NCBI GenBank assembly: GCA_048938895.1
Contig: JBHLLU010000098.1
Coordinates: 1 to 10,735, forward strand
Direction of reading: 5' to 3'
Source: Promethearchaeota archaeon
Lineage (GTDB): Archaea; Asgardarchaeota; Lokiarchaeia; Sigyniarchaeales; SOKP01
Length of the DNA stretch: 10,735 bases
Positions within the stretch are counted from its first letter, which is position 1. Every line of letters starts with the position of its first letter. Positions 1 to 6,269 of this stretch are shown one piece after another. The notes under the pieces are model-generated. The model made no database searches, was not told the DNA's origin, and worked only from the letters and a program-made list of their open reading frames with translations. Made by a program: the position numbers and the translations under genes.

Positions 1-1547
1 ATTGCTCCCTCTATAAAAGCCAATATTAGCAGAATAGTATTCAAATCTAAGCCAAAGCCACTGGGAGCAGAACATTTATTATTTTCAAATAGATTACCTG
101 TACTACCTGTTTCATTATAGCAAGCGTCATTTCCTACGAATAAATTATCCAATATTGTATTACCATTACTGCTTTCTAGAAATGTCCCGTTCTTGTTGTT
201 TTTTGCAGTATTAGAGATTATAGCATTACCATCACTATTAAATAAATGAATTCCATTTAATGCATTTTTATTAGCAGTATTATCCATTATTGTATTACTA
301 TCGCTTGATTCGATTAATATTCCATGTTCTAGATTAGAGTTCGCCGTATTATCACTTAAAATATTATTGTTACTTGACGACTGTACATAAATTCCACTCA
401 AATTATTATATTCTCCAATATTTGACTTTATAATATTATTAGTACTGCCAGTACGAATCCTTATTCCGGCCCACCCATTATGGTGAGCGTTATTATCTTC
501 AACAACACAATCACTTGAACTATAAAGTCTAATTCCGTTTTCAAGATTTTCATAAGCAGTGTTTTCGGTGCAAGTAATATTATTAGCACTATTTATCCTT
601 ATACCATTTCCTGTGTTATTATAAGCCGTATTTTTATGTACTACTGAATCTTGACATGCGGTTAGCCAAATTCCCTCATCTCCATTATGTTTTACACTAT
701 TTTCAGAAACTACGTTATTATCAACACCTGTTAAATAGATTCCATCATCCTGATTATTATTAGCTGTATTTTTAGTAATTGTATTGAATTCAGAATTTGA
801 CATGAGATGGATTCCGAAGAAGTTGTCATTTAAAGTATTAGATCTAATTAGAGTGTAGGTACTTTGTTCTAATCTAATTCCATCATTAACACTTTCTGTA
901 ATATCATTTCCAATAATTTCACACCCATGGCTCTGATAAATTCGAATCCCATTATCACCATTAAGATTAATTGTATTTCCTGTAATTGTATTAAAATGAG
1001 AATTAGACATGTATATCCCATCAGCAGTATTATTATAAATTTGGCAATTTCTAATCTCCGTATAGTTTACATTATTCATGTAAATTCCTGTATCACCAGT
1101 CCAATCATTATTAGAAGACAAACAATCAACGATTAATCCGTTGGTGACGTTATCTAAATACAAACCAGCTGCTGACATATCCGCTTTTCTAAATATACAG
1201 TTATCAATTTTAAAGTACTTTCTCGAATTCTGTATTTGTAGTGAATGACCTGGTCCCATTAAATTGTTTTCAAAAGTGTCATCTTTTATAATATATGGAT
1301 TTCCCGATGTTCCCGCTCCAGTACAAATTCCCGCAGTTTTAGCGACTTCCCAATTATTTGCTGGATTTTTATCATCTATTAAAGTGTAAGTATATACTGT
1401 TGATGTTTCTAACGATTCATATTCATAATCTTTAGTAGGATCAATGGGTTTAAGCGGTTTAAGCGATAAATTGAAATTAATAGTTAATACTAGCGTTAAT
1501 ATGAAAAAGGCAGTCAATGTTGTATGCTTTTGGTTTTTTTTTAAAAT
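1..1547 (-). CDS. NosD/PbH1 right-handed parallel beta-helix cell-surface protein, paralog A (3' end runs off the window; start uncertain)
   Basis: Not in the ORF track. Manual translation gives a stop-free minus frame from 1553 to the window edge: (I)LKKNQKHTTLTAFFILTLVLTINF...NNWEVAKTAGICTGAGTSGNPYII...AGLYLDNVTNG...(15 GIx[LIMV]-type coils)...CYNETGSTGNLFENNKCSAPSGFGLDLNTILLILAFIEGA. It is collinear with 1661..3379. ATT at 1545-1547 aligns with the paralog's ATG. Alternative starts are TTG at 1517 and the first in-frame ATG at 1259. Confidence 0.9.
   Translation of the reverse strand, partial: MLKKNQKHTTLTAFFILTLVLTINFNLSLKPLKPIDPTKDYEYESLETSTVYTYTLIDDKNPANNWEVAKTAGICTGAGTSGNPYIIKDDTFENNLMGPGHSLQIQNSRKYFKIDNCIFRKADMSAAGLYLDNVTNGLIVDCLSSNNDWTGDTGIYMNNVNYTEIRNCQIYNNTADGIYMSNSHFNTITGNTINLNGDNGIRIYQSHGCEIIGNDITESVNDGIRLEQSTYTLIRSNTLNDNFFGIHLMSNSEFNTITKNTANNNQDDGIYLTGVDNNVVSENSVKHNGDEGIWLTACQDSVVHKNTAYNNTGNGIRINSANNITCTENTAYENLENGIRLYSSSDCVVEDNNAHHNGWAGIRIRTGSTNNIIKSNIGEYNNLSGIYVQSSSNNNILSDNTANSNLEHGILIESSDSNTIMDNTANKNALNGIHLFNSDGNAIISNTAKNNKNGTFLESSNGNTILDNLFVGNDACYNETGSTGNLFENNKCSAPSGFGLDLNTILLILAFIEGA
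1447..1464. repeat. In-frame 9-bp tandem micro-duplication (ggtttaagc x2) encoding LKP-LKP
   Basis: Directly visible as ggtttaagc ggtttaagc, in the linker after the N-terminal hydrophobic segment of paralog A. Confidence 0.75.
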
Positions 1548-1555
1548 TTCAGATC

Positions 1556-1608
1556 AACCCTTTATCAAAATTGTATGTAACTCATGATCATACTCTAATT
1601 TAAATCTT
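1556..1608 (-). promoter_or_regulatory. Putative archaeal promoter/leader of paralog A (BRE/TATA-like AAGATTTAAA, GAGTTACATACAAT box, GGGTT before the start)
   Basis: The minus strand reads AAGATTTAAA-N15-GAGTTACATACAAT...GGGTT-N8-ATT. The same elements with the same 15-nt spacer occur upstream of paralog B. Confidence 0.65.
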
Positions 1609-1624
1609 CTATATATCTAAGCTA

Positions 1625-1656
1625 ATAAAACCAAAAATAAAAAAAAAGAAGAAAAA
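1625..1656 (-). terminator. Oligo(T)-type archaeal terminator downstream of paralog B
   Basis: Right after tandem TAA TAA stops the minus strand reads GTTTTTCTTCTTTTTTTTTATTTTTGGTTTTATT. U-rich tracts are the established archaeal termination signal. Confidence 0.6.
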
Positions 1657-1660
1657 CTTA

Positions 1661-3379
1661 TTATTTTCTTTTACGTATTAATAAAGCTAAAGCGATGACT
1701 CCAATAGCCACACCTTCTGCAATAACTAAAATTAAAAGGATAGTACTCAAATCTATTGATAGACCACCAGGAGCAGAACATCTATTATTCTCAAAAATAT
1801 TGCCTGAACTCGCTGTTTCATTGTAGCATGCTTCATTACCAATGAATAAGTTATCGATTACTTTATTATTATTACTACTATCTAAAAATGTTCCATTCTT
1901 GTTATGATTCGCTGTATTAGAAATGATAGTGTTTGAATTGCTATTTAACAGGTGAATACCATTTTCTTCATTATTATTTGCTGTATTACCTGAAATTACA
2001 ATATTATTACTTGAGTCGATAAATATTCCATGCTCTAGATTATAACTTGCTATGTTATCAATTAATAAATTATTGCTACTACTCTGGATATAAATTCCGC
2101 TTAGGTTATTATATCGGGCAAGATTAGATTTTATAACATTAACTTGACTACCGCTATCTAAATATATTCCATAGAAGTTATTATGATGTGCATTATTATT
2201 TTCAATTAAACACTCATCTCCGTTGTCTAAATAAATTCCCCACATCTTAATTTCATATACAAGGTTATCTGAACAGGTTACATTGAAAACATTTAGCATA
2301 TAAATTCCCATTACAGTATTATTGTAAGCAGTATTGCCCGAAATTGCTGAATCATCACAATTATCTAGATAAATTCCAGCTACATTGTTATGATTTACAG
2401 TATTTTGGCTTATAGAGTTTGCATTACTATCACTACCTAAGATACCTAAGGCATCATTAGAATTTGCAGTATTTTTTGAGACTGTAGTATAATGACTACT
2501 AGTATCAAATACTATCCCAAGTACATTTTCATTAACAGTGTTAGATAAAATACTATTTCGAGTACTAACCACCAAGTAAATACCATATTGAGTATTATCA
2601 TTTGCTTCATTTTTAGAAATTGTGTTCCAATGACTATCATCAAGAGAAATTCCATTCTCTTGGTTTGTATTTACAGTATTACTTACTATATCATTATAAT
2701 TACTCTCAGATTCTAATGTTATTCCATTAAAATTTTGGTTATCATTAAAAATATTATTGGAAATAGTATTATACTGACTCGTAGAGAGGAGTATTCCATG
2801 GTCGAAATTTACTGAGACGTTATTGCCGGATATAATGTTAAAAAGAGAATTAGCTACAATAATCCCTATATTATTATTCTGATAAATGTGACTATCTCTG
2901 ATTTCAGTATCATTGACGTATACCATAAGAATTCCTGCATAATTATTAAAAATTGTACAATCAATAACTTCACCATTAGTAGTATTCGCAAGATATAAAC
3001 CTGCACTAAAGGAAGGTGAATTTGTGAAAGTACAATCTCTAATTCTAAAGTTAACTCTTGAATTTGCAATAGTTAAGCAGCTACCAATACCAGAGCTATT
3101 AAATAGATGGTTTGTTATTACATACGGATTACCTGGTGTACCGGATCCAGTACACAAACCAATAGATTTTGCCCACGTCCAATTACCTGTATTTGAAGTA
3201 TTAGTAGTATCAAGTGCATTAATCACAATTTCATTAAATGTGCCTGAAGTCTTTAATGAAGTTGAATCATAATTACTTATACTTTGGGAATGAAAATTTA
3301 TGGTTATTGTAAGAAGTGCTGTTGATCCTAATAGAAGTATCAGTGAAAAATATATCAAATTTTGTTTATTATTGTACAT
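1661..3379 (-). CDS. NosD/PbH1 right-handed parallel beta-helix cell-surface protein, paralog B (572 aa)
   Basis: N-terminal hydrophobic signal/anchor (LIYFSLILLLGSTALLTITI) and an NWTWA..CTGSGTPGNPYVI cap. There are 17 Asn-rich coils of about 22-24 aa (GIxLxxSxxNxIxxNxxxxN), then a C-terminal TM helix and basic tail (RKRK). Confidence 0.92.
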   Translation of the reverse strand: MYNNKQNLIYFSLILLLGSTALLTITINFHSQSISNYDSTSLKTSGTFNEIVINALDTTNTSNTGNWTWAKSIGLCTGSGTPGNPYVITNHLFNSSGIGSCLTIANSRVNFRIRDCTFTNSPSFSAGLYLANTTNGEVIDCTIFNNYAGILMVYVNDTEIRDSHIYQNNNIGIIVANSLFNIISGNNVSVNFDHGILLSTSQYNTISNNIFNDNQNFNGITLESESNYNDIVSNTVNTNQENGISLDDSHWNTISKNEANDNTQYGIYLVVSTRNSILSNTVNENVLGIVFDTSSHYTTVSKNTANSNDALGILGSDSNANSISQNTVNHNNVAGIYLDNCDDSAISGNTAYNNTVMGIYMLNVFNVTCSDNLVYEIKMWGIYLDNGDECLIENNNAHHNNFYGIYLDSGSQVNVIKSNLARYNNLSGIYIQSSSNNLLIDNIASYNLEHGIFIDSSNNIVISGNTANNNEENGIHLLNSNSNTIISNTANHNKNGTFLDSSNNNKVIDNLFIGNEACYNETASSGNIFENNRCSAPGGLSIDLSTILLILVIAEGVAIGVIALALLIRKRK

Positions 3380-3388
3380 TATAAGTTT

Positions 3389-3442
3389 AACCCATTTTAA
3401 TAGATTGTATGTTACTCAAGTTACTATGACCTTTTAAATCTT
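3389..3442 (-). promoter_or_regulatory. Putative archaeal promoter/leader of paralog B
   Basis: The minus strand reads AAGATTTAAA-N15-GAGTAACATACAAT...GGGTT-N9-ATG, matching the element at 1556..1608. Confidence 0.65.
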
Positions 3443-3526
3443 ATAGAGTATTTTTTCCCATATCTCAAATAGAAAATTAGATTTTTCTGTAAAATTGGGA
3501 ATTTAAACTTTGACTCAGATCTTAAA

Positions 3527-4597
3527 TTAAAGAAGTTTGTTTTTCTTTACTATATCTCTGTAGTGATCTCTCTCTCTTCTTAATACTTTTAATTCCTTTT
3601 TCATATTTATAATTTCATCCTTATTACTTCCCGTAACAGTATTTTCATTAGAAGAATGTTGGCTTAACTCTCGAATTTGTAATTTCAAGTTACTTATTGT
3701 TTCTAAATGAGCTTCATTTTCTCGATTCGATTTTAATACTTGAAATTTTAGTTTTTTATTTGTTTCATTTAAATTAGAAATTTCACTTATTGAATTTTGA
3801 TTTTCTTCTTTTATTTTTTTAATCTCATTAAGTAATTTTTCTGCTCCTTCTTCAATCTCACTCTTTTCACTTATTACTTTCCCTAAGTTAGTAATTTGAT
3901 CATCTTTTTGTTCCAATTGTACTTTCTGTTGAGTAATAAGCTGATTCAACTCTTTAATTTTCATGGTTAGACTTGCATTATACTCATTTAACTCAGCCAT
4001 TTGAGCAGACCAATTATCCATTTTAGTATATAACCCATTTATTTCATCTTTAAGAGCCTCAACATTTCTTAAATGGTCTGATCTGTCAGATACTAATAAA
4101 GATACTTTTTGGGCAAGGTCATCAATTCTTTCCCTTTTGTCACTTAAATCTTGAGTTAATTCAAGTATTTGCTGATAATATGGATCTAATTCCCCTTTTT
4201 TCAAAAGTTCAAAATATTCTACAAATTGATCATAGAAGTCAGGATCTTCTCTTTTAGGTAACAACTCAAAAGCAATTCGTCTTACTTGGCCTTCGAACGT
4301 GTTTGGAAGCATATCATCATCAGAAAGAAAAATAGTTATCGAATGTTCTGGTTTACCAAGAAAACTCTTATTACTGTGGCCTGTAAAAAAACTTGCGACA
4401 CTTACATTTCTCTTAATTTGCATTTCAAGATAATTTGGTCCTGTTTTTACAGTTTTATGTTGTTCAGCGAGACTTAATAATCCTGAGGTTGAGATTTCTA
4501 GGATTTCACAGATATCATCCGGATATTGCACATCAATTATCGGGTCAGAACCTTTACTTAAATTGAGAATTATAATTCCTCTCAATGTACATCCCAT
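3527..4597 (-). CDS. Hypothetical protein: putative longin/uDENN-like N-terminal domain plus long coiled coil
   Basis: The N-terminal ~130 aa follow a beta-beta-alpha-beta-beta-beta-alpha-alpha pattern (GIIILNL / PIIDVQYP / helix / YLEMQI / VSVASFF / SITIFL / two helices). They are followed by ~210 aa of E/K/L/Q/N heptads. The start may be ATG 4597, TTG 4585 (preceded by GGGATG) or TTG 4621. The CDS is confident; the fold call is tentative. Confidence 0.75.
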   Translation of the reverse strand: MGCTLRGIIILNLSKGSDPIIDVQYPDDICEILEISTSGLLSLAEQHKTVKTGPNYLEMQIKRNVSVASFFTGHSNKSFLGKPEHSITIFLSDDDMLPNTFEGQVRRIAFELLPKREDPDFYDQFVEYFELLKKGELDPYYQQILELTQDLSDKRERIDDLAQKVSLLVSDRSDHLRNVEALKDEINGLYTKMDNWSAQMAELNEYNASLTMKIKELNQLITQQKVQLEQKDDQITNLGKVISEKSEIEEGAEKLLNEIKKIKEENQNSISEISNLNETNKKLKFQVLKSNRENEAHLETISNLKLQIRELSQHSSNENTVTGSNKDEIINMKKELKVLRRERDHYRDIVKKNKLL

Positions 4598-4633
4598 TAA
4601 GGATTGAATAAGACTAAACAAAAATTGTTTTAC

Positions 4634-4652
4634 TTCTTATATATAATTTATA
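4634..4652 (-). promoter_or_regulatory. Possible BRE/TATA element upstream of the longin-like/coiled-coil gene
   Basis: The minus strand reads ATAAATTATATATAAGAAG about 40-55 nt upstream of the likely start. The AT-rich background weakens this call. Confidence 0.3.
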
Positions 4653-4692
4653 TTTTCATGAATATAATAGTTCTGTTGAGAATTCACGCTAT

Positions 4693-6240
4693 CTAAGTAT
4701 AGATATGATTAAACGTCTCTACTGTTTTATTAACATCCATTGTTAAATAGTTCTGTTTGAATAACATGGAAAAAAATGCTCTATCATCAGGATCAAAGTA
4801 CTTATATCCGAATTTTTTCCATTCCATAGTTGATTGCAAAGGTGCAAATATAGAAATCTGATCTTTTATTAAATTCATCAATACAATACTCTTCTCTTGC
4901 TTTTTTGAATTTGAGAGAATCGTCATAAGAACATCTTCTGATATAGTATCCCAAGTATCTTTAAACTGTAAACAAAATTTTTTGATATCTATTTTATTAT
5001 CTACAATAGTTTTAGCAATTGTCGTTATAGCAGTTTCAAATGTGCTTACATTATTTACTTTGTAATTAGGGTTAGAAATGGTTAAACTTGGAGGATTCTT
5101 TAAATCTTTCTGATTTTGAGGTATACTATATTCAGGTAAAACCCGTAGTTGGTTTAGGCCAAGGATATTCTTTACATCTTGAATAGTTCCTCCTGTATCA
5201 AAAAATTGTTTATTAATGATATATTTCATTAATTTCTGAGAATGCACATCACCAAAATACGGATAATCACTAGCATAAAGAAGATATTCCGACCATGTTC
5301 TATTATCTACCCTTTCCTTATTATGAGATTTAAACCACTTTCGAAAGCTTTCAAAAAAATTACCTGCTCCTGCCCCATGCAACATTGAAAGATCTCCATA
5401 TGTATTTGGTTGAACTATTGCATCATAAACTTCATAGTCATCAATGTTTCCTTGGGCAAAATGTGCGATAATGATTTTAAGATGAGGTAATAAATCAGGA
5501 TATTGTGATTTTAACACATTTCTTGTATGTTCAATTAATCGTGCTATTTGTAGTATTGAACCCCTTCCACGGGTGTCAAAAATTACAGGCATAGAAAATG
5601 AAGCAGCTTCTACAAGAACTTGAATCGCCTTTTCTGAACTGATTTTATCAATCCATCCTTCTGATCGTGGATGTAATTTTAAACCTCGAAGTCCCAATTC
5701 TTCTCTTGCATATCTTACTTCATTAACCGCTTTTTCTCCCTCCATGGGATCACAACGAGCATATCCAATCAATTTCATTGAGAAAGGAAATCGAGTTGTA
5801 AATCGTGAAATATTAATATTACTTGCGCGATAGAGCGCTTCTGGACGTTTATCACGAAACACATCCTGAAATGGGAAGCATACTCCTTGATCAATCATAG
5901 AATAAAATTTAGACTTCTCTTTAAGGTCAGAATGCTTTTTTCCAAGTTTTTCTAATGCACTATATAATTTTTCAGTAAAGGGATAAGGAGTAAATGACCA
6001 GGAAATTCTAGTACTTTTTCCATCCATGAAAGTGGTGAATGATTGTTCTCCAGTTTTCTCCCAGTCTGCCTTGATTCTACCTTGAACGTTTCCCCAAAAA
6101 TCAAAAGTTCCTACTCCTGGGGCTAACGGGTTCATCATTGTTGCCCCATCAACATCTTGTCCAAGGTGAGAATGAGCATCGATTATAAAAATATGCTCAT
6201 CCCATTTTCTTCCATTTTGTTCTATTGTACAAGTTAACAT
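4693..6240 (-). CDS. Amidohydrolase superfamily (Amidohydro_2-like) TIM-barrel metallo-hydrolase with a C-terminal extension
   Basis: Motifs in the expected order: IIDAHSHLG (HxH), GLRGLKLHP, PVIFDT, IIIAHF, TYGDLS, LLYASDYPY and ILGLN. About 145 extra aa follow the barrel. Confidence 0.9.
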   Translation of the reverse strand: MLTCTIEQNGRKWDEHIFIIDAHSHLGQDVDGATMMNPLAPGVGTFDFWGNVQGRIKADWEKTGEQSFTTFMDGKSTRISWSFTPYPFTEKLYSALEKLGKKHSDLKEKSKFYSMIDQGVCFPFQDVFRDKRPEALYRASNINISRFTTRFPFSMKLIGYARCDPMEGEKAVNEVRYAREELGLRGLKLHPRSEGWIDKISSEKAIQVLVEAASFSMPVIFDTRGRGSILQIARLIEHTRNVLKSQYPDLLPHLKIIIAHFAQGNIDDYEVYDAIVQPNTYGDLSMLHGAGAGNFFESFRKWFKSHNKERVDNRTWSEYLLYASDYPYFGDVHSQKLMKYIINKQFFDTGGTIQDVKNILGLNQLRVLPEYSIPQNQKDLKNPPSLTISNPNYKVNNVSTFETAITTIAKTIVDNKIDIKKFCLQFKDTWDTISEDVLMTILSNSKKQEKSIVLMNLIKDQISIFAPLQSTMEWKKFGYKYFDPDDRAFFSMLFKQNYLTMDVNKTVETFNHIYT

Positions 6241-6269
6241 TTTTGTTCATTTAATTTTTAATCTGATTT

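Noticed and set aside
45-75. APSGFG before the TM helix as a PGF-CTERM archaeosortase signal
   Set aside because: It is not a true PGF, and paralog B has APGGL at this position.
927-1136. 69-aa plus-strand ORF
   Set aside because: It is antisense to the unannotated beta-helix gene (1..1547), and its Ile-rich composition is the shadow of Asn codons.
2866-3069. 67-aa minus-strand ORF
   Set aside because: It is an alternate frame wholly inside paralog B with no independent signals.
100-3100. Periodic ~66-72 nt recurrence of attcc/tatt motifs resembling a CRISPR or DNA repeat array
   Set aside because: It is explained by protein-level beta-helix coils (GI...N). There are no identical direct repeats with unique spacers.
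3024-3272. 82-aa plus-strand ORF
   Set aside because: It is an antisense shadow of paralog B.
1-3379. Diversity-generating retroelement template/variable repeat pair
   Set aside because: The two copies are full-length intact genes differing at all base types rather than only at adenines, and no reverse transcriptase is in the window.
1661-3379. Assignment as true nosD (nitrous oxide reductase maturation)
   Set aside because: Only the generic repeat fold is shared, and no nosZ/F/Y/L genes are nearby.
3527-4200. Coiled coil as an SMC/Rad50 or myosin homolog
   Set aside because: There is no Walker A/B, hinge or motor domain, and heptad similarity alone is non-specific.
4286-4477. 63-aa plus-strand ORF
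   Set aside because: It is antisense to the longin-like/coiled-coil gene and has no recognisable motif.
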